From Ophelia neglecta (Eukaryota): a stretch of 64,000 nucleotides of DNA. The notes below the pieces were generated by a model. It did no database searches. It had not been told where the DNA came from and was given only the letters and a program-made list of their open reading frames with translations. The position numbers and the translations under genes are program-made. Positions 1 to 13,455 of this stretch are shown here, in pieces. The DNA lies in the NCBI GenBank assembly GCA_965285935.1, contig OZ260665.1, forward strand, positions 22,878,001-22,942,000, read 5' to 3'. Position 1 is the stretch's first letter. Each line of letters opens with the position of its first letter.

Positions 1-271
1 ATAATTGATATTACTTCTAAATAGGATTACACACAGACAACATACACAGGGTTGCTTACTTCTAAGGTTAGCCGCCATGTTCTGGAAAGTTATTCCGTTA
101 GGCTAATGATATTATATTACATTTTGTCCTTATGGCCAGAGTGGGTTTATACAATTACCATGTGGCTCATTCTATTACAATGTAAGATCCATAAAATTGA
201 ATAAATGCGTAAAATGTACCATGCAGGCGGCAGTCTTCCTAGGAATGTGGAAGTCATGACAAGCCTAGGAC

Positions 272-413
272 TTCGTGAAACTAAAGCATGGCAGAAACAC
301 ACTATATTAAGCTCGTTTTAGTCACTTAAATGTGAGTACACTTTCGTGAAACTAAAGCATGGCAGAAACACACTATATTAAGCTCGTTTTAGTCACTTAA
401 ATGTGAGTACACT
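272..413. repeat. Perfect tandem duplication of a 71-bp unit (2 copies)
   Basis: 272..342 and 343..413 are identical (ttcgtgaaactaaagcatggcag...tgtgagtacact). Confidence 0.95.
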
Positions 414-2202
414 AAAGTGCTTTTATTCATACAAACTGACACAGCTGCTAGATAATTTAATCTTATATAACATCTTGTTCGCTCAACAAAAACTAAAGTG
501 AAAATAAACAGAAATGCTTTCACAGGTTAATTGAGCTATTTGTTGGTACTAATGGCTTTTTTATGTTTGTTTATGGCATGCCCAAGGCGGTCTATTTTCC
601 TATTATGTCGGTCAGCCTAGAGAACTCACAATATAAAAAAAAATCTTGACAAAAAGACATTTCATTTGATTTAAAAAGCATATCGTGGCAACTTTAGTAA
701 AATCAATTGGAAAAATGAGGTTTGGATACAAGGCATAGAATCCGAGATTAGTAGGTACAACATTTATTCCGTTGTAATCAGCAAACGTTCGTTGTAGGTC
801 AACACAGATTATTACCATAATGTATTAATAAGATTGCATAGAATTAACTTTAAGTTATGTCCTTGTTTACGGCGAAATATTTCAGAATGTGCCCCGGTTA
901 CTTTCTGTATTATTTCTCTCTTTTGAAAGTCGTCGATGGATTGAAGGAAAGCTGTATACCTGATATCAATAGCTCTCTTCTAATTTATCCTTTTTTGCAT
1001 AAGTGGCCTTCACTTTTTCGCTATATATACTTCCGTGTGGTGAGTACATTTCACCAATTGGTATTGATTCTCCCAATGTCGCTATGAATTTTTCAATATG
1101 AGATATGATAAAAGTTAGCATTTTGTATACAAATGCACACACAAAGAGGTATTTATACGTCTTGAATGCCTTGCTTCATGCCGACCATTTTATATCATAG
1201 ACAGAGCGGGGCGAGTTACTGGGCTTATCTTCGTCTAATTATCGTACGGTCATGCGTCGAAGTCCGCCTAGACCCTAAGGCAACGTTCTTTTCGCTCTCT
1301 GCTTCACCTCACCATTGGTACCTGTGACGAGAAATGACCCCGTAATTGTGGCATGTGGCTAAGCTGCTCCCAAGACTTATCCTATGCTGTATCGCTATTG
1401 GCTTGCTCTCAGGAAATTGGATTTCGATGCCTGGGGATTATGGGGTAAAATGAACACCCCTTTGTCATATTACAGACAAGATTACCATGTGACATGTGAT
1501 AGATAATGTCTGTTTTTTCATATATAAGCAACTCATATGAGTTTCCCATATCATATGGTCGAAACAGGATGCTTATTAGAAATTAAAAGTGTGGCATCAA
1601 CGCCTGAATATAGTATAGTGACATTTCCGTAATGGGAACGGGGAAATGTAACCGATGATTTTATATGCACATTCCTAGTGAACATTCAACTCTTAATTTA
1701 ATGAGTTTTTACTCGACCGATGATTTCAGGCCAATTTCGAGGAGTATTCCTGAAAAAAAAACATCTTGGGCAAATTAAGCCTGACGATATGTTATTACAC
1801 ACATTAAGCTCCTTAGCATTGTTGCGCTAATTAGGCGAAATGATACCATGTACTATTCATAGGCTTCGTGCATTCATTAATATTTCCTTTCCACTATCTT
1901 AGACAACAATATGGAGCTGAGACTAAAGTATGTTCACTTTCACGTGTAGCTGACGGTTACTAAAATGTAGGACTGATTGAATGAACCACTCTTGACTAAA
2001 GATTCGGGTATCTGCAGAATGTGAAAACCAGTTTTTTTGTTCTTAAGATTGTGTTTGGTCGGCGGTGTTACTTTTTTTCAATGCAATCTCGGATATCAGA
2101 CTTAAAAACTTCTTGATTAAATAATTGTGTTGCGTTATTTCCATTTTAATTGTTCTCTATTCTCCACTGACGTACACAAAAACAAATTTGTTATATTCTC
2201 AT

Positions 2203-2545
2203 CGTGTTTCGATTATTATACATCCGTGGGCTTAATGCATTTATAACTATTTGTATTCGTTTTCTTGAAATAAATCCCTTCACATTGTTAGAGCCGACCA
2301 TCTTATAACGTAGGGAGTGTGTATGGGCCTATGGCTGCTTGTTCCTGATGTTTGCTGATCGATTTATGGTCTATTCTCGATTCATGATCTGTCTTTGTCT
2401 GCCAGAAATCAACGCCTTCATATGTGATTAATGATTCGTCTTTGTCCGCCAGCTATCCAACCCTGTGTCTTCGTAGTAGTGTTATATTGAACCGTATTGT
2501 AGTGGCTCTTCGGGTGGCTCTGTTGTTTTCTTCTTTGAGGATATC
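2203..2545 (-). mobile_element. Decayed Penelope-like element 3' remnant (GIY-YIG C-terminal part)
   Basis: Minus-strand translation with frameshifts and stops gives LKEENNRATRR, SI*HYYEDTG and WQTK...HES...GPYTLPTL*D. This resembles the end of Penelope GIY-YIG domains (RLKEH..., H...TGH, W..R..KE, G.Y.LP..YD). A possible decayed hammerhead-like stretch follows at 2203..2240. Confidence 0.45.
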
Positions 2546-5500
2546 AAATTAGTGAAAATTTGTCCCCCAGGCTTTATTTATTTCGAATCAAGAACCCCAT
2601 GCTACCAGCACGTTAATGATAATATGTGAGCCGGATGCAGTTTCCGGCCTTTGGATCATGCCACAGAGCCTGACAAAAAAAACCGACGTGATAAATGCAT
2701 AGAAACTCGCGAAAGGTACATTATGTCATTCATCTCGTCGTACAAAAGAAGAGCTAGTCATTCCTAGTCAGTCGGCCTTTAAACAGACGACAGGCTGCAA
2801 ATGATGGCGTCTTGAAACGAGCGCGTAGGCCGATGAAAGATTCTATCACTCGTAGTCCTGCGAGTGGCGATATGTTCTTCTTAAAGGTGAATCGCAAACA
2901 AATGAGATTGTTTACCGTTATCATGTGCATATGACTGCAATACCCGCAAGTGACTAGGTCCTAATTACCTTAAAGCAAAAACGGTTAACTAATTGCTCTA
3001 AAATACGATTCCTGGTAGTTCAATGTTAATAGAATAATTTTGCCATACGCCATTTTTTAGTCGGCCGGGTATGCCGTTTGTAATGTGTGCAACAATTTGC
3101 GCAACCTTTGTTAACATTATAGCTGAAGGTTCATTCAGTGAATGGTGACAATTTCAGACAGTACAAAGTAATAATGTATATTCATATAAGCCTTGATCAA
3201 AACGATAACTCATTTATGTGTATACCCTTATAGCCGTTTTAATTAGGCAATACATTTTATAACCAGTCTTATGTGTACTCTATATATCTCATGTGCCTCA
3301 CATGTCCAAGTTTTTGGATTTGTTAATGGTATTATCGGCATCAAAAACAGGCGCAAGAACTTGCCATTTTAATGCTGCCGATTATTAATCAAACTCCGAT
3401 ATGGAGGGTAAACAGTTTAGACTGTATTAGTTTCTTTCTGTCTCGGAAGGAAATCGTACTAGGCCAAGAGAAGCCGTTTCCAGATCTACCGATGTATAGC
3501 TTGACGTCTTCAAAGTTCGCAGACTGCATTCTTGTTGGAAAGTGTCATAGCGGTGGTTCGGTTGCTAAAGTCCTTCCGGTTCTGCTCACCTGAAAGAGCT
3601 GCACGCTATCTTGGAGCATTAATTTTAGACAGATCGGATTGGATATTTTTGTTTAGTTTTGCATTTTAAATAAATCACTTTCGAGATTTTTCGACGGGTG
3701 TGCCTTTTTCGGGGATCGTCGACATTTCAAATCAACGCTACGCAGAGCATCACATACTGTTTAAAATTATTTCATTATTATCGGTGTAATTACATTCATG
3801 AGTGAGTCTGTTGTACTGGTACATCGAATTTAGGTTTGCAACATATTGAAAACTGCACAATACAATATTCTTTACTCTACCGACGCTCTTTGGTACATGC
3901 TCACACCATAATAACTGTAGAACAGCTTTGTACACGCTCTAGGCATTAAATTCCATTCTCTAGCTTTATATCATTTTATCCTTTAAGATCAAACGTTGAT
4001 TTCCGCAGACTTGATTTCGCCATGGGGATTTGAAAGAAACTAACTAAAAGGAACCCATTCATCCTATCATTATGTCGTTCCTTTGTACTACGTATATTAT
4101 CTAAGGAATCACTATCAGGGTTCCGAGGACGTGCGATCACATTTAGAAGAAATGAGCAATCAAATGGCGGTTCAAAGGTATAGTGATTTCAAATAATAAT
4201 TTTGAGCAATATAAATTCCCACTCTTTCCATCCGTGGCCTCAAATGGAAATATCCCCCTATTTGTCCCACACTACGGCTTAAATCTCAACGGATGAATAA
4301 CAAATCAGATCACGAATGTACAAAAAAGTGAATATTGCATCCATAGTTGGTCCAGCGACTTTTATTGGTAGTATCCATCGGGTAGTGCCAAAAAAGCAGT
4401 GTGTGCAATAGAGTGGTCATAATTACATTGCCCTAGCACCATGAGGAAACAGGAAACATCCCATATTATGTATAAATTATACATAAAATTGGTGATTTGT
4501 GCACAATGTAGTAAGCAGGTATTTACAACAAATACTGCTTCCCTTGCACTTACATCTTTTACATGAAGTTAGTATCCCGCCCATGGCTAAACAGTTTCCC
4601 ACACCGCCCTATGTGGCGTGCCATCTGTTTTACCCACCATTCAATCATGTTATACCCAGAGGACATCGCTAAGGGTTGATCGTGGGGACTCTTTTCATGT
4701 TAACAATTGCTGATTTTTTCTTAGCGGTTGGTCGCACTATGTGCCTAGCAGCTAGATTGGTGGAATGTTATATTGCGGGACGTACAATGTATGTGCTATA
4801 ACATTCCTTGACCATTGTTGTCAGGCAGGTATAATCTGCGTATCTCTTTATAATTGCTTCTATGCCATCCCATATGCATATGACGTAACGGGGTTGTGAA
4901 CACAAAACGTATGCCTGATATTCCATTATCAGTCCCCCCAGGCACAGATATCCTGATATTCGTTGACCGACGATACAAAATAAATATCAATGAAACTGGA
5001 ATACGCGGGAATTGGCAAGCGGCTGGGGCGTCCATCTCAACGCCCCTCGCTGCCTCCACTCCCATCATATTTGTCATTTGACAATTGATTTATATCTTGC
5101 ATATGTCGCCTAGTGTAAAGTCTCCTCGACCAGTCAACTACTAAACAGTGGCAAGTAGACATGAACAAGCAAATCGCATCAAGCCAGACCAAGATCTAGA
5201 TTGTACTGATCATATAATACATGATTCGCTTCCCTGTAGAGCAGCATAACATATTATGTGAGGATATTCCCGGAAGTGATGCCGAATATTATAAAGTCAC
5301 GCATACTATACCTATCGATTTAATAACAGTGTCTTTGTAAATTGTGTATGTGTGTGTTTTAGTAGTTATAATCTGAATAATGTTTATTTGTTATTTCATC
5401 TTGTCCATAATTGGAGGAAAATACAGCTATCAAATCAAATCAAAACCAAGCAATTTTCCTAATAGCTGGATTGCTCTGGTGCAATCACTCTCCGGTGGGT

Positions 5501-7000
5501 TTAATTTGTTTCCTGTCCAGAAAAATTCCACTCAAGGATGAAATATCATCCAGTACTGTTATGAACATGCCATCCTTGATAACAGTGTTTCTACTTGAAG
5601 CAGTACATAGAACGGACGCAGGTGTAAAAATACCGAATATTCGCACTATTGTAACTGAAGAAAACTGCGTTATATCTTCATATTTGATTCCGTAGTGTTT
5701 AATAGAGTTCAATGCTAGTTCGGCCCACTGGCTTGCAAGAGACCATATTCCACGAAAAAATAAACATTTTGTGCCGATCTTAAGAACATTCTTCGCCTAG
5801 CAGTGTATAAATAAAGAATATAACGAAAATTACAGATGCATAATGGTTTATTTGGCATGTACTTATGAAATATGCCCTAAGCCAATTTCCCCACCGAGTC
5901 TACTCGAGTGATTTTTCATTGACGATGTCCCATTCGTCACTTTAACGCCTCCGTCGTCCTGATTCCAGTACTTAATGTAATCCCCTGGATTTCCCACTGG
6001 CGCGGCTCACTCGTCCGTCTTGATTAAAGTGTCGCGTTCACTCTAAAGTAGACAATATGTCACCAAACATGCGGCTGCGGTTAAATTATGTGGCAGCTCG
6101 TGCCAAACCTGTTTCCTTCCCTTATTTGGTAGGCTTTTTGAATTCCTCAGAGACAAACATCTGCCGAGCCGTTTGCTGATAGCTTAATACATTGTGCAAA
6201 ACAACCTGACTTAAGTGTCATTACTTCGTGACTAACAACAAGTACTGAGCAGTGGGCATGCTAATTGCATGTTTAGTGTGACTTTTTGTCTGTACCTTTA
6301 TTCATATAATAGACATACCGTTTAGTGAATATGTTGATAAATGAGTAACTTCTCTTCTGATGTTGTTGTTATTCACGTGTAATTTTGAAGACAAAAGCCT
6401 TAAAACGGGATATTATATTCTAGGTATGGTCCTCTATTAAATGAATCAACACCGGCTGTACTCTTGTTGTCTTTTTCAAGATAAATGCATCTTCAATCAA
6501 GCAATATAATATAAGAGAGCTTAAGTCATAAGAGATTCACCTGAGACATCTTAGAAAACCGACGACTCCTTCTCATCGCACGATATTAAGTGTGTTGTTG
6601 TATTAGCGGAAATCTAGGCTCGTTGTTGTTTTTTCTCTGTTGCTCAGTGCTTCTCAAATGCTTAATGATACTATTGCGCATTAATAACACATGCTTGCCA
6701 ATCTCGGGTGACTATCTTCACGGTCATTTGATACATTTTAGCAAAAATAATGATTGGCGATTCTATTTGATCCTGTCTATATAAATATACAACGTTAAAT
6801 CCAAAACCCATAACTTTCTTTGAATTAACCTTTATAAGTAATGGTAAAATGTGTCAAGATGTCCGGATGGACCAATTTGTTTGTGATATAAGCCGATGAG
6901 GGTGTTATGGGGTAATAACAACCACCTGCCCATTCCTAATACGTACTGTCAGCCAAACACCCTGCACGTAGGGATATGTAAGGAACTTTCAGACATCACA

Positions 7001-7088
7001 TGTATTGTAACACAGTAAAACACAGGGAATGTATTGTAACACAGTAAAACAGGTAAAGTATCATAACACAGTAAAAAACAGGAAATGT
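7001..7088. repeat. Minisatellite, about 3 copies of a ~28-29 bp unit
   Basis: tgtattgtaacacagtaaaacacagggaa / tgtattgtaacacagtaaaacaggtaa / agtatcataacacagtaaaaaacaggaaa. Confidence 0.85.
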
Positions 7089-7415
7089 CCCAATCGAAAT
7101 GCTCGAAACATTGGCGACCATTTTCTATTTTACTGTTACAATGTTTAACATTTTCCCTTGCAAATAATTTACAATGGTGGTCACGTTCGCAAGGCTGGCG
7201 ATCATATACGTCAAGGTGATGAACCTTTTCAGCCAGTTATTTTTAATACATAACTTTAGGGAAAGTCTGTCGTTTCTAAGGCGGTATTTGCTGTCAATGG
7301 CCAAGGCGGGACACAATGGCCGCGAATTAAAATATCGATATATTGTATCAAATATAGAGGATGCTAATTCAGTTCAATATGTCTAACAATACGAATAAAT
7401 AATTAAATCGGAAAA

Positions 7416-7643
7416 AACATACGGTTAGGCACATTTATTTACGCTGGTCCTGAACTCTGGAACAATTTGCCTATCCACATTAGAACCTGGATAAGTCTAG
7501 AACATTTTAATGCACATACTATTTTCAACTAGCAAATTATCTTCAATAATTAACACGTGTTTTATCTTTTTATTAAAGTCGAGGCAGGATATATTTTCTT
7601 ATTATAGGCTTGGCCATATGTGCCTAATAATAATAATAATAAT
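7416..7643 (+). mobile_element. 5'-truncated L2/CR1-group LINE 3' end
   Basis: Translates GTFIYAGPELWNNLPIHIRTWISLEHF, the F.Y..P.LWN.LP..IR...SL..F motif typical of L2/CR1 ORF2 C-termini. A short 3' UTR and a (TAA)6 tail at 7625..7642 follow. Confidence 0.75.
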
Positions 7644-10600
7644 ACTGCAGAATTCTGCAATTGGTAAAATCAACCTGAATATTTGGAAATAATGAATCAA
7701 TCAAGGAACCGCGAAAATCAAAGCATCTGAGACCATTGTGTTGCCAAGCTCAATGAATACAAGCAGGGCGATTGATTTAAGTTTGTTGGTATATCCTTAG
7801 CGAAGGCACTTTCGTTAGTTGACAAAATGTGTATGATTGGACCATGCGTTATTTGTGCCCGCCCTGCCATATGCCGATGTAATTGCCTAAACTTCCAGCT
7901 AGGAGAACAGACACTTCGCCTCTGACCAGCCTATAACTAACAGCTGTGATTTCACAGCTACTTGATTATTGACGCTTTCCAGTGAGCCCGAATCCGGCAC
8001 AGAGAATTATCTCGGTGTGCAGGACAAGTAACTGAATAACAACCCATAAGAGAGGGATTTAAGGGTGTAATTTTCACGATGTTGAAATTATTATTCAAGC
8101 GCCACAGGTAATGTATGCATAGTTTCTCTTATTCATTGATGTTTTTAGTTTCGGGTATATCCTAGTTATTCATACAATGAATGTTTGCCCATAGTGACAT
8201 TTTTTTTATAGTTGTTCAGTCGCAGTCAATCCTATATGACCATGTGAGGGCTGACACTCTGAACTCCTTTTATGATAAAATGATCAAGCCTTAGTTTCTT
8301 TCTGGGTGACAAAATGACTAGAGATAACATCATTTTGGGAAAATTCCCTTCCGTCCTATCAACCTGTGGAGTATGCATAAATAATAACTGTATCCATCCC
8401 AGATTCGCTGACACTGTCATGACGGTATTTTCAAATATTTAAAGGTTATAAAAGGCCAAACACATGTCCAGGAACAAATCGTAAGATATTGGGTTATTTG
8501 CCTTCCTTAGATAAAAAAGAAGCACGTTCCACCTTACTTTTGCCAAAAATAAAAACACGAACAATGTATTAATTGCATGATTGTACTTGTCTAATGAGGA
8601 GTCGATAGCCACTTATTGGTAATTATTGTCCTACTAAGGGCGGCACGGGCCATAACTTGAATGAGCAAGTAATCGGAGAACCAGTTAAAAAAAAGCGTTC
8701 GCATTGATACCTCCTCTCCGTCCAAGCAACGCTTCCTCTTCGCCAGGCTTTGAAATCTAAAGAGCTTCACCCAGGTAACACAAAAATATCAAGTTCCATT
8801 ATCTACTGCGGGTTGACTTCATATTGTATCAATGCCTAGACATAACTTATACCTGTGCTATTAACTTAAAAAACGTGCGAATTTATACCAAGATGATATA
8901 ACGAGTTTTTGACATGATCTGCAGGATATATATCGTGTATAAACTAATCCCACCTTAACCCATATGGGTGTATTCGGATCAGTGTACGTCCAATCGACGC
9001 ACCAGATATTTTGCATAGCTTGATCAACATCCCCTAACCGAGTAAAGGCCTCGGCGAACTCCCGCATCGTCCAATCTTGAAATCATGTCAACCCAAGCTT
9101 GGCTTGAGATCTATTGCATTTGCTTCTTTCCTTGGCGTCCGACAAACTATTGACTGGCAGATTTGCTGAACATGACTGCCCTTAGACACTGCCAAGAAAT
9201 ATGAAGACGTCCAACACTCGAGCACAGGATACCTGCCCTGGTTTTAATAAGGTAACACAATCCTGGGCCAAACGGAGACTTTTCAATAATGTATTAATAC
9301 TTGGAGTTTCCCTACAGACAGTTAGAATATCAATATTGGTGCCCCTTGGTTATGGAATTTGGTTGGTTTTGTATGTGTCTACATTAACCTTAGTTGGTTG
9401 AAAGTATTCTCCCGTCAAGAGTATAAACAATGCGCCTTGACCTGCCGAACAGCTGCACCGGCGTTATTACTGCCTTGATATTAAGATAAATATCGGGCAT
9501 TTGCCTTTGGTGCGCGGTATGGTAGGTAGTTCAGCATCAAAACAAAAGAATTGTTCTGGTAGATATCATTAAGCAGTTATTACCAAGGCAAGGAAAAAAT
9601 GGGGATTGACACAAAGCAGACAAAGAGAACTCAAACAACCAAGAATGTAGTACGCTTACTTTCAACTTCTAGAAACGTCAACAGCATGCCAAAAAACATC
9701 GAATCCCAGTGCCCGTGCAGTATATAACCATGTAAAATAGTAATTGAAAATCAATTTCCAATTTGATATACCTAGCAACGATGATAAGTCAAAGATAGGT
9801 GTATAAATGGGATGAAGGCATATACTGCTTCTAATAATTTAAAAACGTCAGCTTGCTTAGAAAAGTTATTCCTTGTTATCCGCCATTTTGTGCATTCTTT
9901 GCTAGCAATACCACAATAAGACAAGAAAATCCCGAAAATGTGCATAGGCGTCTACATTATGCTACGGTGACTCGTTGGTTTTGTGTTGAGACTCGAGTCA
10001 TGGATACAGCATTATAGAGGTACATGTATAAATGTATAGATGTTGTTTTGTGTGTCGACAATAGCATGTATCTGTACAATGTACGAAGGCGCGTATATAT
10101 TTAAAGAGGATTTGGTGTCTATTGTATTGACATTTTTAATATTGTCCACAATGATGTAGACTTGCACTGCCAAAATAGCTTATGTATAACGAGACCAACT
10201 CCGATGACAGTAAGAGTCTGTTCGTGCGCCATGATTCCTAGCCGATACCTTTATTTAGGGAGAACATCCTTCCTAATTAACAAACACATCAGCTCCGACT
10301 GGGCACAATCTAATATCACCGGTAACCAGTGCTACTTCGGAAATAGCTTTGTATTAGTCACGAAAATACCATACTATCCCTAAATGCTAAGTTGATCTAC
10401 AACCTTTTCGTTTAAGATTTATCATACAGACTCTTTCCCGTTCTAGAAGGTGGCCGAAGACTATTTAAGGTCTGCTAGTCGCACGCACACCTTTCTCTGT
10501 GACTTTTGGAAATGCCAATCGCACACACTTCAATTTGAAGCTAAATAGATTGCCGTCTGCAGAAGACAGGTTTGGTAATCTGTTCATACTAGCAATGAAT

Positions 10601-13290
10601 CGCGTCATTACAAGTGGGACCCCAGCAATGAATTGCCACCATATTATCTGAATTGCCAGAAGGAGCGCATCTTTCTGCTAATGTTCAACGTATAGCCACC
10701 GGGTCTTCCCAAGCAGATTATGTCATTGGTAGAAGTGGGTGAGTAGTAATTGGCATGCTGCTCGTTTTGCCTACTCTTCTCATAACTATTGAGTCAAATT
10801 ACACATGGTCGCATCAATGTTCGTTTTGGTCAGTAGCATTGGCATTCGCGGAGACCGGATTTCAATCTAATCTTACTGATGTGAAAACCACGGTCTAGAT
10901 TTCACTCCTTGTGAAATCTCAATCGTTATCAAACACGAAAAGGGTTTTGGTTTGTGAAGTGAGGCTTCTGACAAGAAGCAATCAGAATTGTTATCTGCTC
11001 ATTTGCAACACCCTAAAGGCCATTTGCGATGGCCTTTCTATAATGAACATAAGGCCGATGCTAAGACCAGCCAGGTTATATAGATAAGTCTTTTGATTAC
11101 GAGCGTCACTTTGCGCTTTCACAGCCTTGCATAAATAAAACACCGAATAAAATGCCTTGGTCGAAAGACTGCTTAACAAATGGGTAATGCCAGGCATGAA
11201 AAAAGGGGCAAACTAATATTTTTTTCAAACAACGTGTATTCATATAACAGGTTTGCATGCCTTTAGCTGACGGTCCCTTATGGTTCGGTTTGATGTTATA
11301 GCGCATTTTCTTTATTGTTTTTTCTATTTGTCAGTCAGGAGTCCTCTTCCAGCTCTGTGTGGTACGCGATACGTGAAGAGTGTATGTTAGTCATTGTAAA
11401 TGAATCTTAAACCAGTACGGTCCAGGAGCTCCTGAACTACACGTACACCACAATGTGATCCTTTTTTGCGATTCCAGGGTATTTATCCCATGGTAAGAAA
11501 GACGGGGTGAATACTCGATAGCTAGACCAAAACATTCATGAAATAGTTGATAGCCCTATAGAAACGAAGTGAAACCTTCGTCGAGTGACTACAAGTGGTA
11601 CCGAACCGTACCATTGTAGAGAATTCAGACCCCCTCTAGAATGTGCTGTTTTAGCATAAATAAATAGTATTAAAGTCAAAAGGATGATGTCAATATGTTA
11701 ATGACTATGTCTGGTTGATTGGCTTTGATATATCATCCCCACCATTGTGAAAGAAGGGGCGATGGTAGACAGTGTAACGAATTGCATGGCATAGAAAAGA
11801 GTTTTAAAATACGTATAGTTTTGATGATAACCGGTCCGATGGATGTTTGTAGATAATAGTATTTATGTTGCCAGCTGGTACCTATTGTGCCCCAGGGGTT
11901 CGGCGATTCGAGATAGCCGAAACAGTTAACCTTTAGTTACTAATACCAGACTCCCTTTAGACACACAAGTCTTAATTTTACCGCTAGCTGTAGCCCTTAA
12001 CATTGTCTTTGGTGCTGCTCGGGATTCCTTCTTGATAAGAATGTCAATATATAAACGTAGCTGACAAATTGGTGCAATCTGTGCGTTTAGGGTGGAAATG
12101 AGTGGACAATATTCCAGGGATTGTCCTTTTCTAATTTGATAAGCATGTTCGGTCCCTAATAGAACAACCGCTGTCACCAGCATTGGCGTACAGCTGCGTG
12201 CTTTCTGTCTACACATTGATTCATTAAACATTGGTGACTGCTGTGACGTGGCTGAACTCAATTTGGACCCCACGATTCTGTTGATATTTTGCTTTCAAAT
12301 TACTTTCGCAAGATTTGGGATTAAGGATTGAAGACAAATGTGGACTTCATTACTTTTATCAAGTCCCTGCCAATAACACTCAAAATACTGCCTTAAACGA
12401 GATCATGTATTGCCAAATATTTGAAATACACTAAAACGACTTAGCAGTAACGGAAGAATAGGACGTTGGAAAGAGAATATTCCTGCTGTCAGTCCGTATA
12501 GATGTTACAGATTTTCTTGTGACATACTCTTTGCTTGTATTTTACCAAACACATTATTGTTCATCATCGCGGGAAACTATTAACCACTCCTCATTGAAAC
12601 GGGTATACTTTTTACTTTATAATTATTCAAATTCGGCACGGAGCTTATGTCAACATTTATTAAAATATCAACATTGCAACAAGTGAATTAATATATCTAG
12701 TGATGCAAACGGCTGGATAATGTTGCCATCGCCTGATAAGGTGTAATAGACATCTGAATAGAGTTTGTCAATGGCTGTGCCGTTTTCAGGCAGGTACGTC
12801 AGTGCTAGAAGAGGGGTAGTAGATCTCCTAGTAGATGCCTTCTAGGGATTCAACATGTAGATATAACTTATGTGCATCATCATGCATATTGGATTTATGG
12901 TTTCCGATTTTTGACGACTGATGACTGTGAATGTTCTCGCAAGTCAGATCGGCAAACCCCCATATATGGCTTTGAACAAGACTGCTGGGTAGATTCTAGC
13001 CCTCGACAGCATGATTTAAAGGGTGTCAATATGAGTGGCTGGCCAATTGTGCCTTGTTTTGTTTCATCATTGCCTGTGCCAATCACTACCTTTGACTTCT
13101 AGTCGGTACGAATTTTCCTCGCGTTAATGTTTAATTGCATATTTCGTTGACGCTTAACGATGCCCCTGCATAAGAATGATATACGAACAAGATCAGTTTT
13201 CCTGCACTTTTTTGTCTGATAATATTGCTTAGATAGTAACGAGCTTGCAGCTTAAGGCGTTATTCGCAGATCAGCAGTAGTCATTTAACC

Positions 13291-13455
13291 GACTTCGCCT
13301 AGATAAAATGTGATTGATCATTCTGCGTTATTAAGAACAGCTATTTAACTTAATATCTCGAACACACTTTAGTTGACTTCGCTTAAATGAATGTGATTGA
13401 TCAGTCAGAGATATTAAAACAGTTATTTAACTAAATATTTCCAACACACTACTTA
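13291..13455. repeat. Diverged tandem duplication, ~83-bp unit (2 copies)
   Basis: gacttcgcctagataaaatgtgattgatca...tatttaacttaatatctcgaacacact versus gacttcgcttaaatgaatgtgattgatca...tatttaactaaatatttccaacacact. Confidence 0.8.

Noticed and set aside
5485-5725. hAT-like transposase scrap (LNSIKHYGIKYEDITQFSS)
   Set aside because: A single loose motif with no catalytic residues or termini.
6590-6784. Hydrophobic ORF (GNLGSLLFFLCCSVLL) as the missing SYT15 transmembrane exon
   Set aside because: It starts with GTG, its hydrophobicity is explained by a T-rich tract, and I found no compatible splice donor.
7001-7088. CRISPR-like array (~29-bp repeats)
   Set aside because: The units are contiguous with no unique spacers, the context is eukaryotic, and there are no cas genes.
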